A stretch of 64,000 nucleotides of DNA from Escherichia coli. GTDB taxonomy: Bacteria; Pseudomonadota; Gammaproteobacteria; Enterobacterales; Enterobacteriaceae. Under the pieces are notes generated by a model. It was not told the origin of the DNA and searched no databases. It worked only from the letters and a program-made list of their open reading frames with translations. The DNA lies in the NCBI RefSeq assembly GCF_013122565.1, contig NZ_CP053258.1. One strand, 5' to 3'. Made by a program: the position numbers and the translations under genes. Within the stretch, counting starts at the first letter, position 1. Each line of letters starts with the position of its first letter. Shown piece after piece: positions 1-11,407 of the stretch.

Positions 1-1201
1 AGTCCCAGTGCAGGGTTTCATTGTCCAGATACTGGAGTGCTTCACCAACGTTATTGAAATCCCTTTTCTTCAGTTTATAAGACATCCCCTTTATTGTTCC
101 GTTACTGGCTACATCTGCTCCGCCTCCCAGCCTGTCTGCTACCGACCGACTAATTTTGTAAAGCTGTGAACCGTTAATGGCTTCATTACTGTCCGTCGAG
201 ATGTCACCTGCCGCCATATTGACGATGCGACGCTGTTGTGAGTTTGAGCCGACCGACACAACGTTGTCTTCATCTGTTGTAGAGTTTGCACCAATCGCGA
301 CGGAATTACTCCCTCCTACATAGGACGAACTCCCCAATGCAAGACCGTTTGATCCAACCGCTGCACTACCAGTCCCGATCGCAATACCATTTGTGGCTGA
401 CGCAGCGCTATTCTGGCCTAATGCAATGGTATTTGTGTTTAATGCTTGCGCATTTTGCCCAAAGGCAAGAGCGTTTGCGCCAGTAGCCGCTGCTGTATAC
501 CCCAGAGCAACAGCGCTTTCTCCTGTTGAATTGCTGTTTGCGCCTAATGCGAGGCTATTTTGGCCTCTTGCCCTCGCTTGAGTACCTACAGCCGTCGCAT
601 TTTCAGCAGCTTCGGTCTCTGCGCCTATCGCGATGGCGTTTGCTTCGCTAGTCAGGGCTTTTCTTCCTAATGCCAGGCTTTGCTCGCCGGTTGCCTTGCT
701 TTCATTGCCGAAGGCTAACGCGTAATTACCTTTAGCAATTGCCATTACGCCCATTGCCATCGCGTAGTTGCCACTCGCATCGGCGGAGGCTCCCATTGCG
801 GTAGCCCTATCGCCGCTAGCATAAGCATTAACCCCCAATGCGGTTGACGCATCGCCGCCAGCAGAACTTCTTGCACCGATAGACGTGCTATATTTACCTA
901 AAGCGCTGGCGAGCTCCCCAATAGCCGTCGATGCTCCATCGGTACTTGTGTGCTGGCTCGCTGTAGAGTTCTTACCGATAGCAACCCATCCATCACCACT
1001 ATTATGTCCTGCAGGTACAACGGGATTACCCGCAACATTATCTGCATATGCAAATGTCGATAACATTCCGCTGGCTGCAATTAACGTCGATACGAGCAGC
1101 TTACTGCGTCCAGACTTCTTTCCTCGACTCTTCGCCGTTTCGCTGGCGACACGAAAATTGCCCGTCGCTGGATCCCAGATAACTTTAAAAATTTTATTCA
1201 T
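1..1201 (-). CDS. upaG: Trimeric autotransporter adhesin (UpaG/EhaG/SadA-like), N-terminal ~400 codons; partial, continues beyond window start
   Basis: Hand translation of reverse strand from ATG at 1201: [36 protein letters not shown]... (extended signal peptide typical of autotransporters), then Gly/Ala/Ser-rich YadA-like head repeats (NSxAxG). Frame checked open to position 1. Missing from ORF track because no stop lies in the window. Confidence 0.75.
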   Translation of the reverse strand, partial: MNKIFKVIWDPATGNFRVASETAKSRGKKSGRSKLLVSTLIAASGMLSTFAYADNVAGNPVVPAGHNSGDGWVAIGKNSTASQHTSTDGASTAIGELASALGKYSTSIGARSSAGGDASTALGVNAYASGDRATAMGASADASGNYAMAMGVMAIAKGNYALAFGNESKATGEQSLALGRKALTSEANAIAIGAETEAAENATAVGTQARARGQNSLALGANSNSTGESAVALGYTAAATGANALAFGQNAQALNTNTIALGQNSAASATNGIAIGTGSAAVGSNGLALGSSSYVGGSNSVAIGANSTTDEDNVVSVGSNSQQRRIVNMAAGDISTDSNEAINGSQLYKISRSVADRLGGGADVASNGTIKGMSYKLKKRDFNNVGEALQYLDNETLHWD

Positions 1202-1244
1202 GGTTGATGTTCTCTATTTCTTGATTTAAGCGCAGCGAGCATAT

Positions 1245-1946
1245 TTATTTTTTGCTTTTCCGCTGTTGAGTTGCAGTGGGTTGAAGGTTGTCGAATTGAA
1301 TATTTGTCATATCGATAGCTAACTTCAGATAGCTAAGGTTGTTAGGCGAAATGCCTTTAAGTGTGAGATTGATGTCCTGCCATTGCCCCGGCATTAATTG
1401 CAATGAGGATTTCAGCGAGGTGCTGAAAAGCAGTTGTTGCCATTTATCATAAGCTTTTGGATCCGTAGGTCTCTCAGCACCCCATGTGGCGTGGAAGCCA
1501 ATGTTGGAGACAGGAACACTTAACAGATTGACCAACGAAATACGAATAACACTGCCGTTTTCAACCGCGTCGATGGATAGCACTCGTCCCGCCAAACCAA
1601 CTGAGCCGTTATTTAAAATGAAGTATTTAGTTTGCGCAGGGTTAAATTCTGTGAATAGAAACTCATTTTGTTGTTTTTTGATTTCCTTCACGGCATCGGT
1701 AAGTATTCTTGTACTTCCTGTGATAATGTTTTGTTGCTTTTCAATAAGTTCCGTTTTATTGATGTACTGTTCTTGCTGTTTCTCCAGGGCGTCTATTCTG
1801 TTTTTTTGTAATTCTTGCTGTTTGGTTAGATCATCTATTAATTTTGTTTTTTCAACATAGTCACACCCCGTCAACGTGTAGAGTGATACTAAAGCCAGTA
1901 CGCTTAAGAGTATTGCCTTGAAGTTAATCATTGAATTCCTTTTCAT
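1245..1946 (-). CDS. Lipoprotein with coiled-coil region, SadB-like (putative helper for the adjacent trimeric autotransporter)
   Basis: 233-aa ORF; signal peptide with lipobox LTGC; Q/E/K-rich heptad-like segment; ends 43 bp upstream of the adhesin start on the same strand. Confidence 0.6.
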   Translation of the reverse strand: MKRNSMINFKAILLSVLALVSLYTLTGCDYVEKTKLIDDLTKQQELQKNRIDALEKQQEQYINKTELIEKQQNIITGSTRILTDAVKEIKKQQNEFLFTEFNPAQTKYFILNNGSVGLAGRVLSIDAVENGSVIRISLVNLLSVPVSNIGFHATWGAERPTDPKAYDKWQQLLFSTSLKSSLQLMPGQWQDINLTLKGISPNNLSYLKLAIDMTNIQFDNLQPTATQQRKSKK

Positions 1947-2454
1947 TATCTTCCAATAAGGGTGAATTTTTTAGCGAATCATCTTTTAAATAAATAATTC
2001 ATTGCTTATGTATTTGTGGTAGGAATCATAAATAAGCGATCGGATTTTTAGCATCATTAATATATTATTAAGTATCAACTGATTTAAAATTATTTCAAAA
2101 GGTATTAAAGCGCGGGGATTCTAATTAACAATGTTAATTAATGTCAAATGTAAAGTAGCTAATGATTGGCACTCTGAGAACTGAATATTGCTGTAAGTGA
2201 AATTAGCGCAATAGTTTTTGTGATATTGATCGGGGCAATATCAGTATCGGTTATCAGTTAATCAATGAAATGCGATAATCTATTTGTTATATTTATATAA
2301 TATTTTTTTTGCTCAACACATTTTTCAGACAATAGTCCGCAGCAATGACTCAAGAGCTAGAGAGAAGGAGGGGATGGAACTTAGTTTTTTTGCCTCTGAA
2401 GCAAACTCCTGCATCTCTCTGCAGGAGCGATTTGTCATTTGAGATACTGTCTTC

Positions 2455-2817
2455 TTAAAACGCAGTCTTAGAGAATCCTGTCATCTCCTGCAGGCCCATT
2501 TCGCGGCCCAGCGCGGTCATTGGGTGCACAACCACCAGTCCGCGCACACTTTTCTTCAGCTTGCCCATGTCAGCCTGCTCTTTTTTGGTAATTGCGCGCT
2601 GAAACGGCATCTTCATCAGCTTCTGTGCTTCTTTACTCAGTTTCTGGCTGTGAACTTCACGCAGGCGGGCAATTTCTGCTTCCAGCGTGGCTTTCTCTTT
2701 TTCCAGCTCGGCATATTTGTCTGCGGCTTCAACCAGCGACAGATCGGCCTGCTGGTGGCGGATGGCGTCCAGACGATCGCTGAGACGTTTGATTTCGTTT
2801 TTTTCGACTTCTTTCAT
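2455..2817 (-). CDS. yibL: YibL, DUF2810 family protein
   Basis: 120-aa [34 protein letters not shown]... recognised as E. coli YibL. Confidence 0.85.
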
Positions 2818-3101
2818 GTGATGGCTTCTGATAAAGATAAATTTATAGCCCCTAGTATGCGCGACCAGGTGCTTTGTTCACAACTGATGACATTGCAATA
2901 GTTCTGTAATGTAATCATTAATATGCTTAAAAACTACGCAATTTATTGATTAATTAAGAAATCTATAGAAAAAAGATAATAAACAGCAGCGGATGATTAT
3001 TGAGGATTCAGCACGTTTTCCTTAATGTCATCTTTACCGGGAACCTAAACTAAAATAGGCGGCCGCGCATTCCCGGCGCGGGGTAATACGGAGATATCAT
3101 C

Positions 3102-3311
3102 ATGGGCAAATTAGGTGAAAACGTTCCGCTTCTTATCGATAAAGCCGTAGATTTCATGGCATCAAGCCAGGCGTTCCGGGAGTATCTGAAAAAACTTCCT
3201 CCCCGTAACGCGATTCCGTCCGGAATACCCGATGAAAGCGTGCCGTTATATCTACAACGTCTGGAGTATTATCGTCGGCTTTATCGGCCGAAGCAGGTAG
3301 AGGGGCAGTAA
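3102..3311 (+). CDS. yibT: Small protein YibT
   Basis: 69-aa [34 protein letters not shown]...; SD-like ACGGAG upstream; position between mtlR and yibL matches K-12 order. Confidence 0.7.
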
Positions 3312-3322
3312 GCAGACGTTGC

Positions 3323-3910
3323 TTACTTTTGGAAGGCTTTTTTTAAGCTGATTTTGGAAATCAGCTCTGTCAGTGAAAGGACCATTGTTGATCGCACAGC
3401 CTGTTGATAGCGCTGAATTTGCATTGCATACAAACTGGAGTCTGCAGGTTCAAACTGTGGCGGCGGTGGTAACGCCGCCACGCAATGCAGTTCACCAAAG
3501 GGTCCAAGGATTTCGTCGTCGGTAAACGCGTACTCGTTGCCGTCGTGATTTAGCTCTTCACGCAATGCCATCAGCAGTTCCGCATCTTCGTATTCCTGGC
3601 GGTTAATGACGCCCAACCCGTAAATGAGTTTTAAACGCACAGAAAGATCGCCCAGCGGACCATCGCCGTCGAGTAACGGTTCTACAGCATACTTCACCGC
3701 GTAATCGTCTTTGCGGAATACCTGAAGCACCAGAAGATTTACCGCTTCGGTCAGGAGCTCGACGGCGGTGATCAGAAAGCTTCGCACGGTTTTGCCAGCA
3801 TTCAGACGCTCAAGCACACGGTTTTCAAAGGCCTGGGTTTGTTCCATTATTGCCTGCATATCTGACAATCTGTTATTCGGGCGCAGGGTGTCCTGCGCCT
3901 GGTCCACCAT
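3323..3910 (-). CDS. mtlR: Mannitol operon repressor MtlR
   Basis: 195-aa [39 protein letters not shown]...; immediately downstream of mtlD. Confidence 0.9.
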   Translation of the reverse strand: MVDQAQDTLRPNNRLSDMQAIMEQTQAFENRVLERLNAGKTVRSFLITAVELLTEAVNLLVLQVFRKDDYAVKYAVEPLLDGDGPLGDLSVRLKLIYGLGVINRQEYEDAELLMALREELNHDGNEYAFTDDEILGPFGELHCVAALPPPPQFEPADSSLYAMQIQRYQQAVRSTMVLSLTELISKISLKKAFQK

Positions 3911-5058
3911 TATTGCATTGCTTTATAAGCGGTTACCGCCTCGGATACAACCTCGCTGTTGGCATCAAGACCGGAAATCTGTGCCAGCGCTGCCTGCGGA
4001 CCTTTGTCAGCGATCAGTGCTGCCAGTTCCTGAGCCTGCGGATCATCTTCACTGCGGAAGTGCATTGCAGCGGCAATACCTTCAATCAGGTTTTTATGTG
4101 GCAGACCATATTCCAGCGTACCGAGCAGTGGCTTGATCAGACGGTCGCCAGCACTCAGTTTACGCAGCGGCTGACGGCCTACGCGCTCAACATCATCTTT
4201 CAGATACGGGTTCTCAAAACGACCGAGGATTTTCTGGATGTACGCCGCATGTTTGTCTGCGTCAAAGCCGTAACGCTTGATCAGTACCGCGCCGCTTTCT
4301 TCCATCGCACCTTTTACCACCGCGCGGATTTTCTCGTCGAGAATCGCGTCACGAATGGTCTGATGACCCGCCAGTTTTCCGAGGTACGCGGTTATAGCAT
4401 GACCTGTGTTCAGGGTGAAGAGTTTACGTTCGACAAATGCCATCAGGTTGTCGGTTAACTCCATGCCTGGGATGTTCGGCAGTGCGCCTTTGAACTGCGT
4501 TTTATCGACAATCCATTCGCTGAAGGTTTCTACCGTCACTTCCAGAGGATCGTTAGTTGCCGAAGCCGAAGGCGGCACGATGCGGTCAACGGCGGAATCG
4601 ACAAAGCCAACGTGTTCTTCTACCCACGTTTTGGCGTCTTCTGGCAGGGCGTTCATCACATGGCCTTTCAGCTGCGTGGTACCGCGTACCATGTTTTCAC
4701 AGGCGATGATGTTCAGCGGGGATTCATTACCTTGTTCTTTACGTTTCACCAGCCCTTTGGCGATAGCCGGAGCAATACGTTCCAGCACAACCGGGCCAAC
4801 GGCGGTAGTGACTAAATCGACCTGAGCAATCAGATCAACGACATCATCACCAATGCTGCTGACAGCATTGACGCCGGAAACGGTATCAACCTGCTCGGTT
4901 TCACCAACCACATGAACCTGATAGCTATGACGGGCATTCAGGGCATCAAGTACCACCTGATTGACATCGGCAAACGTCAGTTGGATACCCGCGTCTGCCA
5001 GCAGTTTACCGATAAAGCCACGACCGATATTACCTGCGCCAAAATGTAATGCTTTCAT
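3910..5058 (-). CDS. mtlD: Mannitol-1-phosphate 5-dehydrogenase
   Basis: ORF track gives 3910..5376 (488 aa); true start taken as [17 protein letters not shown] (382 aa, Rossmann GxGxxG). The upstream extension runs through REP sequences. Confidence 0.9.
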   Translation of the reverse strand: MKALHFGAGNIGRGFIGKLLADAGIQLTFADVNQVVLDALNARHSYQVHVVGETEQVDTVSGVNAVSSIGDDVVDLIAQVDLVTTAVGPVVLERIAPAIAKGLVKRKEQGNESPLNIIACENMVRGTTQLKGHVMNALPEDAKTWVEEHVGFVDSAVDRIVPPSASATNDPLEVTVETFSEWIVDKTQFKGALPNIPGMELTDNLMAFVERKLFTLNTGHAITAYLGKLAGHQTIRDAILDEKIRAVVKGAMEESGAVLIKRYGFDADKHAAYIQKILGRFENPYLKDDVERVGRQPLRKLSAGDRLIKPLLGTLEYGLPHKNLIEGIAAAMHFRSEDDPQAQELAALIADKGPQAALAQISGLDANSEVVSEAVTAYKAMQ

Positions 5059-5084
5059 AGTATTAACCTTCATCAATGTTTTTA

Positions 5085-5285
<201 letters not shown>

Positions 5286-5287
5286 GA

Positions 5288-7201
5288 TTACTTATGACCT
5301 GCCAGCAGTTCCAGCACTTCATCCACGCTGGTGGTGTGTGCCAGACGCTCGATGACGGACTCATCATCCAGTGCATTGGTCAGGCTGGTGATAACCTGAA
5401 TGTGCTCGTTGTTGCGGGCAGCAATACCAATCACCAGACGGGCAATGTCATCTTCTTCTTCACCGAAGCGCACGCCTTCCGGGTACTGGCAGAACACGAC
5501 GCCCGTTTTCAGTACGCGATCTTTCGCTTCAACCGTACCGTGTGGCACCGCGATAGACTCACCCAGATAAGTCGGGGTCAGTTTTTCACGATCCAACATC
5601 GCCTGAACGTATTCCGGCTCAACGTAACCGCCTTTCACCAGCTGCTCGCCAGCAAAACGAATCGCTTCTTCTTTGGTTGCCGCTTTGCGACCGAGGAAGA
5701 TGTTCTCCGCGCCCAGTTTGAATAGGTTAGCACTGGAATCGTCAAAGCTGTCTTTCAGACTGTCTTTCACTTTCACTTCGTTTTCAGTATGGCGCTGGGC
5801 AGCAACCAGACGTTCGGTCAGGCTGGTGTACAGGCCACTGTCGAGGAAGTTGGTCAGCGAAATATGCTGCGCCTGCGGAACCTGGCGCATAGCGCGTTCG
5901 GTCAGGTCACGGTGAGTGATGACGAGGTCCACATCTGGCGGCAGGTTGTTGATCGCGCTGTTAGTGACCGAAATCTGCGACAGACCTGCATCCTGAATTT
6001 TCTTACGCAGCACGCCTGCGCCCATCGCACTTGAACCCATACCGGCGTCACAGGCAACGATGATTTTACGTACGTGGCTCAGGTCGTTAGTCACATCACC
6101 CGCAGACAGCGGAGATGCGCCTTTAGACTCAGCTTTCATGTCCTGCATACGACGAGTTGCTGCTTCAATATCATCTTCTTCTTTCACTTTGCTGGTTTTC
6201 AGCAAAATAGCAGAGACAACGAAGGAGACAGCCATCGCCGCACACACACCCGCGATGTTAGCGAAATAAGCACCTTTTGGTGTCATCGCCAGTACCGCAA
6301 GGATAGAACCCGGAGATGCCGGAGAAACCAGACCACCGCCCAGGATAGTCAGCGTGAACACGCCAGTCATACCGCCGAGGATAACGGCCAGGATCAGACG
6401 CGGATTCATCAGCACATACGGGAAGTAGATTTCGTGGATACCACCCAGGAAGTGGATGATTGCCGCACCACCCGCAGACTGTTTAGCACTACCACGACCA
6501 AAGAACATGTACGCCAGCAGCACGCCCATACCTGGACCTGGGTTAGCTTCAATCAGGAAGAAGATGGATTTACCCAGTTCATGGGACTGCTGAATACCCA
6601 GCGGCGAGAAGATACCGTGGTTAATGGCGTTGTTGAGGAACAGGATTTTCGCCGGTTCAACAAAGATAGATGCCAGCGGCAGCATGTCATGGACAACCAT
6701 GAAGTTAACGCCCGCAGCCAGCATTTTGGACAGGGCTTCAACAATCGGGCCAATGCCGAGGAATGCCAGAATGGCGAGGATCATCCCGATGATGCCTGCG
6801 GAGAAGTTATTCACCAGCATCTCAAAACCGGATTTGATCTTACCGTCTACCCAGCGGTCGAAGTGCTTAATGCACCAGCCGCCCAGCGGACCTGCAATCA
6901 TAGAGCCGAGGAACATCGGCATGTCTGCGCCGACGATAACGCCCATGGTGGTGATGGCACCGACTACGCCGCCACGTTCGCCGCCTACCAGCTTACCACC
7001 GGTATAACCGATCAGCAGCGGCAGGAGGTAAGTGATCATCGGTCCGACTAGCTTCGCCAGCGTCTCGTTCGGTAACCACCCTGTTGGAATAAATAATGCG
7101 GTGATGATACCCCACGCGATAAACGCGCCGATATTTGGCATCACCATGTTGCTGAGGAAACGACCAAAGCTTTGCACTTTGATCTTAATATCGGATGACA
7201 T
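5288..7201 (-). CDS. mtlA: PTS mannitol-specific EIICBA component
   Basis: 637-aa [40 protein letters not shown]...; recognised as MtlA. Confidence 0.95.
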   Translation of the reverse strand: MSSDIKIKVQSFGRFLSNMVMPNIGAFIAWGIITALFIPTGWLPNETLAKLVGPMITYLLPLLIGYTGGKLVGGERGGVVGAITTMGVIVGADMPMFLGSMIAGPLGGWCIKHFDRWVDGKIKSGFEMLVNNFSAGIIGMILAILAFLGIGPIVEALSKMLAAGVNFMVVHDMLPLASIFVEPAKILFLNNAINHGIFSPLGIQQSHELGKSIFFLIEANPGPGMGVLLAYMFFGRGSAKQSAGGAAIIHFLGGIHEIYFPYVLMNPRLILAVILGGMTGVFTLTILGGGLVSPASPGSILAVLAMTPKGAYFANIAGVCAAMAVSFVVSAILLKTSKVKEEDDIEAATRRMQDMKAESKGASPLSAGDVTNDLSHVRKIIVACDAGMGSSAMGAGVLRKKIQDAGLSQISVTNSAINNLPPDVDLVITHRDLTERAMRQVPQAQHISLTNFLDSGLYTSLTERLVAAQRHTENEVKVKDSLKDSFDDSSANLFKLGAENIFLGRKAATKEEAIRFAGEQLVKGGYVEPEYVQAMLDREKLTPTYLGESIAVPHGTVEAKDRVLKTGVVFCQYPEGVRFGEEEDDIARLVIGIAARNNEHIQVITSLTNALDDESVIERLAHTTSVDEVLELLAGHK

Positions 7202-7344
7202 AAAAACACCCCTTCTTATGTTTGCTGTCGCGCAGGCTGGAAGCCCGAGGTTTTTTGTTAATGTGGCGGCAGAGGTAGCCGGACCTTGTGGATAGTGCGA
7301 AATCTGGCACTGAATCGGTTAACTGTCCAGTCGTCGGCCTTTTG

Positions 7345-7521
7345 TGTGATATTAGTCACATAAATATAGGGGGTAGAGAGGTAATTGACGTGATGTCCAT
7401 CACAAAACACTTGTGTAAAAAAGCAACAAGCCGGCTGTTTTCGCTAAAAATGGCATTTAAATGTGAGTAATGTCACATTTTTGTTTTGATGGTTTGTTGA
7501 ATCTTTGTGATCTGAATCACA
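7345..7521. promoter_or_regulatory. mtlA promoter region with CRP-consensus sites
   Basis: TGTGA-N6-TCACA matches at 7345..7360 (tgtgatattagtcaca) and 7506..7521 (tgtgatctgaatcaca); near-match at 7389..7404 (cgtgatgtccatcaca). The mtl operon is known to be CRP-dependent with several CRP sites. Confidence 0.7.
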
Positions 7522-7737
7522 AGATATTTTCTTACGGCGTTCAGCTGATGTGATCTACAGCATGTTATGCCTTCGTCATAAAATCGTTATGTAACTAAGC
7601 AACTCATCACCTCTAAAAATTATTCTTTGGTGTTATGGCGAGAATCGCGAACCCGGATTATTGTCAAAATATCAGCCTGACTCCCTTCTGGCTGCCAGCC
7701 AAAAAACAACACTGATAAACGTGAATCCGAGGCAGAT

Positions 7738-8100
7738 ATGTTTCTAAACTATTTCGCGTTAGGAGTGCTGATCTTCGTCTTTCTGGTGATTTTTTATGGA
7801 ATCATCGCGATACATGACATCCCTTATCTGATTGCCAAAAAGCGCAACCATCCCCATGCCGACGCTATTCATACGGCGGGCTGGGTGAGCCTGTTTACTC
7901 TGCATGTTATCTGGCCGTTTCTGTGGATTTGGGCGACGCTCTATCAACCGGAGCGCGGGTGGGGCATGCAGTCACATGTTGCGTCGCAGGAGAAAGCGAC
8001 TGACCCGGAAATCGCCGCACTTTCTGACCGAATTTCCCGGCTGGAGCACCAACTCGCCGCCGAGAAAAAGACTGACTATTCCACGTTCCCGGAGATCTAA
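7738..8100 (+). CDS. yibI: DUF3302 small inner-membrane protein YibI
   Basis: 120-aa [48 protein letters not shown]...; stop is 2 nt before the yibH start. Confidence 0.85.
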   Translation: MFLNYFALGVLIFVFLVIFYGIIAIHDIPYLIAKKRNHPHADAIHTAGWVSLFTLHVIWPFLWIWATLYQPERGWGMQSHVASQEKATDPEIAALSDRISRLEHQLAAEKKTDYSTFPEI

Positions 8101-8102
8101 TT

Positions 8103-9239
8103 ATGGATCTATTGATTGTTTTAACTTACGTGGCGCTGGCGTGGGCGGTCTTTAAAATCTTCCGCATTCCAGTAAATCAGTGGACGCTGGCGACGGCGGC
8201 GCTGGGAGGCGTGTTTCTGGTGAGTGGTTTGATTTTGTTGATGAACTACAACCACCCTTACACTTTTACCGCGCAAAAGGCTGTGATAGCGATCCCCATC
8301 ACGCCACAGGTGACGGGAATTGTTACTGAAGTCACTGACAAGAATAATCAGCTTATTCAAAAGGGCGAGGTACTTTTTAAGCTCGACCCGGTTCGTTACC
8401 AGGCGCGAGTTGACAGACTTCAGGCTGACCTGATGACGGCGACGCATAATATAAAGACGCTGCGCGCCCAGCTCACTGAAGCGCAGGCCAACACCACCCA
8501 GGTTTCAGCGGAGCGCGACCGTCTGTTTAAAAATTATCAACGTTATCTGAAAGGCAGCCAGGCGGCGGTGAATCCGTTCTCGGAACGTGACATCGACGAT
8601 GCGCGGCAAAATTTCCTCGCGCAGGATGCGCTGGTGAAAGGCTCGGTGGCGGAGCAGGCGCAGATCCAGAGCCAGCTCGACAGTATGGTTAACGGCGAGC
8701 AATCGCAGATTGTGAGCTTAAGAGCGCAACTTACTGAAGCAAAATATAATCTTGAGCAGACTGTCATTCGCGCGCCGAGCAATGGCTACGTTACTCAGGT
8801 ACTGATCCGCCCAGGCACATACGCAGCTGCCTTGCCGCTGCGTCCGGTGATGGTCTTCATCCCCGAGCAAAAACGGCAAATTGTCGCCCAATTTCGGCAA
8901 AACTCGCTGTTACGTCTGAAACCCGGCGATGATGCGGAAGTGGTGTTTAACGCGCTACCTGGGCAGGTGTTTCACGGCAAACTGACCAGTATTTTACCTG
9001 TCGTGCCAGGCGGTTCTTATCAGGCGCAGGGGGTATTGCAATCATTAACGGTCGTGCCCGGCACGGACGGTGTGCTGGGAACCATTGAACTGGACCCTAA
9101 CGATGATATCGATGCCTTACCCGACGGCATCTACGCCCAGGTGGCAGTTTACTCCGACCATTTCAGCCATGTTTCGGTGATGCGTAAGGTGCTGCTAAGA
9201 ATGACCAGTTGGATGCATTATCTTTATTTGGATCATTGA
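8103..9239 (+). CDS. yibH: HlyD-family membrane-fusion-like protein YibH
   Basis: 378-aa ORF; N-terminal TM segment, central coiled coil, C-terminal beta domain; paralog of the ORF at 16271..17407. Confidence 0.85.
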   Translation: MDLLIVLTYVALAWAVFKIFRIPVNQWTLATAALGGVFLVSGLILLMNYNHPYTFTAQKAVIAIPITPQVTGIVTEVTDKNNQLIQKGEVLFKLDPVRYQARVDRLQADLMTATHNIKTLRAQLTEAQANTTQVSAERDRLFKNYQRYLKGSQAAVNPFSERDIDDARQNFLAQDALVKGSVAEQAQIQSQLDSMVNGEQSQIVSLRAQLTEAKYNLEQTVIRAPSNGYVTQVLIRPGTYAAALPLRPVMVFIPEQKRQIVAQFRQNSLLRLKPGDDAEVVFNALPGQVFHGKLTSILPVVPGGSYQAQGVLQSLTVVPGTDGVLGTIELDPNDDIDALPDGIYAQVAVYSDHFSHVSVMRKVLLRMTSWMHYLYLDH

Positions 9240-9309
9240 GACTTATATCACCTGTGTTTTGCGTGAGCCTGAGCCATACTGATATTTTTCCTCGCACAAA
9301 GGACTCGGC

Positions 9310-9918
9310 ATGAAACTCGTCGGTAGCTACACCAGCCCGTTTGTACGCAAACTTTCTATTCTGTTGTTAGAAAAGGGCATAACTTTCGAATTTATTAATG
9401 AACTGCCCTATAACGCGGACAACGGCGTGGCGCAATTTAACCCGTTAGGAAAAGTGCCGGTGCTGGTGACCGAAGAGGGCGAATGCTGGTTTGATTCGCC
9501 GATCATCGCTGAATATATTGAGTTAATGAATGTCGCTCCGGCGATGTTGCCGCGCGATCCGCTGGAGTCGTTGCGGGTGCGCAAAATTGAGGCGCTGGCG
9601 GATGGCATCATGGATGCCGGGCTGGTATCGGTGCGTGAACAGGCGCGTCCGGCGGCGCAGCAGTCTGAAGATGAATTGTTACGTCAGCGTGAGAAAATCA
9701 ACCGTAGCCTTGATGTGCTGGAAGGATATCTGGTCGATGGCACACTCAAAACCGATACGGTCAATCTGGCGACTATCGCCATTGCCTGTGCCGTTGGATA
9801 TCTCAATTTCCGCCGCGTTGCGCCAGGCTGGTGTGTCGACCGCCCACACTTAATCAAACTGGTCGAAAACCTGTTTAGCCGCGAAAGTTTTGCTCGCACC
9901 GAACCGCCAAAGGCTTGA
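9310..9918 (+). CDS. yibF: Glutathione S-transferase family protein YibF
   Basis: 202-aa [31 protein letters not shown]... (GST N-terminal thioredoxin-like fold). Confidence 0.85.
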   Translation: MKLVGSYTSPFVRKLSILLLEKGITFEFINELPYNADNGVAQFNPLGKVPVLVTEEGECWFDSPIIAEYIELMNVAPAMLPRDPLESLRVRKIEALADGIMDAGLVSVREQARPAAQQSEDELLRQREKINRSLDVLEGYLVDGTLKTDTVNLATIAIACAVGYLNFRRVAPGWCVDRPHLIKLVENLFSRESFARTEPPKA

Positions 9919-10015
9919 TGCGCGATATGTCCTCCTGACCCATCTCACGTTACAATCCGTGGTTATGTTAAACGCCCTTCTCCGTGTGAGAGGGCCTTGA
10001 TCAGCCAGGTTTCCT

Positions 10016-11407
10016 ATGACAACCGAAACGCGTTCCCTCTATAGTCAACTTCCGGCTATTGATCGCTTATTGCGCGATAGCTCCTTCCTTTCTTTGCGTG
10101 ATACTTATGGTCACACCCGCGTAGTGGAATTGCTGCGTCAGATGCTTGACGAAGCGCGAGAAGTGATTCGTGACAGCCAGACGCTGCCTGCGTGGTGTGA
10201 AAACTGGGCGCAAGAAGTCGATGCCCGGTTGACGAAAGAGGCGCAGAGCGCGCTGCGTCCGGTGATCAACCTGACGGGAACCGTGCTGCATACCAACCTT
10301 GGTCGAGCTTTACAGGCGGAAGCCGCGGTGGAAGCCGTTGCGCAGGCTATGCGTTCGCCAGTGACCCTCGAGTACGATCTGGACGACGCCGGACGCGGAC
10401 ATCGCGATCGGGCGCTGGCGCAGTTGCTGTGCCGCATTACGGGGGCGGAAGATGCCTGTATCGTTAATAACAATGCGGCGGCGGTGTTATTGATGTTGGC
10501 GGCCACTGCCAGCGGGAAAGAGGTGGTGGTATCTCGCGGCGAACTGGTGGAGATTGGCGGCGCGTTTCGTATTCCCGATGTTATGCGTCAGGCAGGCTGC
10601 ACCCTACACGAAGTAGGGACCACCAACCGCACGCACGCGAATGATTATCGTCAGGCGGTGAATGAAAATACCGCGCTGTTGATGAAAGTACATACCAGTA
10701 ACTACAGCATTCAGGGGTTCACCAAAGCGATAGACGAAGCGGAACTGGTGGCGCTCGGCAAAGAACTGGATATTCCCGTAGTGACTGATTTAGGCAGTGG
10801 CTCGCTGGTCGATCTTAGCCAGTACGGTTTGCCGAAAGAGCCAATGCCGCAGGAGTTGATTGCGGCGGGCGTCAGTCTGGTGAGCTTCTCCGGCGACAAG
10901 CTGTTAGGCGGGCCGCAGGCAGGAATTATTGTTGGTAAAAAAGAGATGATCGCCCGCCTGCAAAGCCACCCGCTGAAGCGTGCATTACGCGCGGATAAAA
11001 TGACCCTTGCGGCGCTGGAAGCTACGTTGCGTCTTTATTTACACCCTGAAGCTCTGAGTAAAAAATTACCGACCCTGCGCCTGCTTACCCGCAGCGCAGA
11101 GGTCATTCAAATCCAGGCACAACGTTTACAGGCTCCCCTTGCCGCACATTACGGCGCGGAGTTTGCAGTCCAGGTTATGCCATGTCTTTCGCAGATTGGC
11201 AGTGGTTCGCTGCCGGTTGATCGCCTGCCGAGCGCGGCATTAACGTTTACACCCCATGATGGACGCGGTAGCCACCTTGAGTCATTAGCCGCCCGCTGGC
11301 GTGAATTGCCAGTGCCGGTGATTGGTCGTATTTATGACGGACGATTGTGGCTGGATTTACGCTGCCTTGAAGATGAGCAACGGTTTTTGGAGATGTTGTT
11401 GAAATGA
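10016..11407 (+). CDS. selA: L-seryl-tRNA(Sec) selenium transferase
   Basis: 463-aa [45 protein letters not shown]...; ATGA overlap with selB. Confidence 0.95.
   Translation: MTTETRSLYSQLPAIDRLLRDSSFLSLRDTYGHTRVVELLRQMLDEAREVIRDSQTLPAWCENWAQEVDARLTKEAQSALRPVINLTGTVLHTNLGRALQAEAAVEAVAQAMRSPVTLEYDLDDAGRGHRDRALAQLLCRITGAEDACIVNNNAAAVLLMLAATASGKEVVVSRGELVEIGGAFRIPDVMRQAGCTLHEVGTTNRTHANDYRQAVNENTALLMKVHTSNYSIQGFTKAIDEAELVALGKELDIPVVTDLGSGSLVDLSQYGLPKEPMPQELIAAGVSLVSFSGDKLLGGPQAGIIVGKKEMIARLQSHPLKRALRADKMTLAALEATLRLYLHPEALSKKLPTLRLLTRSAEVIQIQAQRLQAPLAAHYGAEFAVQVMPCLSQIGSGSLPVDRLPSAALTFTPHDGRGSHLESLAARWRELPVPVIGRIYDGRLWLDLRCLEDEQRFLEMLLK

Noticed and set aside
885-1229. Plus-strand 114-aa ORF and other short ORFs (286..486, 393..581, 898..1080) at the window start
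   Set aside because: They lie inside or antisense to the long edge-truncated adhesin frame on the minus strand, which explains the region much better.
2374-2442. 22-codon ORF after an AAGGAGG sequence plus palindrome ctcctgca...tgcaggag downstream of yibL
   Set aside because: Spacer between SD and ATG is too short (about 2 nt) and the peptide has no features; the palindrome is more simply a hairpin at the yibL 3' end.
6074-7051. 325-aa ORF on the plus strand inside mtlA
   Set aside because: Antisense to the well-supported mtlA gene; Arg/His/Thr-rich low-complexity translation typical of a GC-rich antisense frame.
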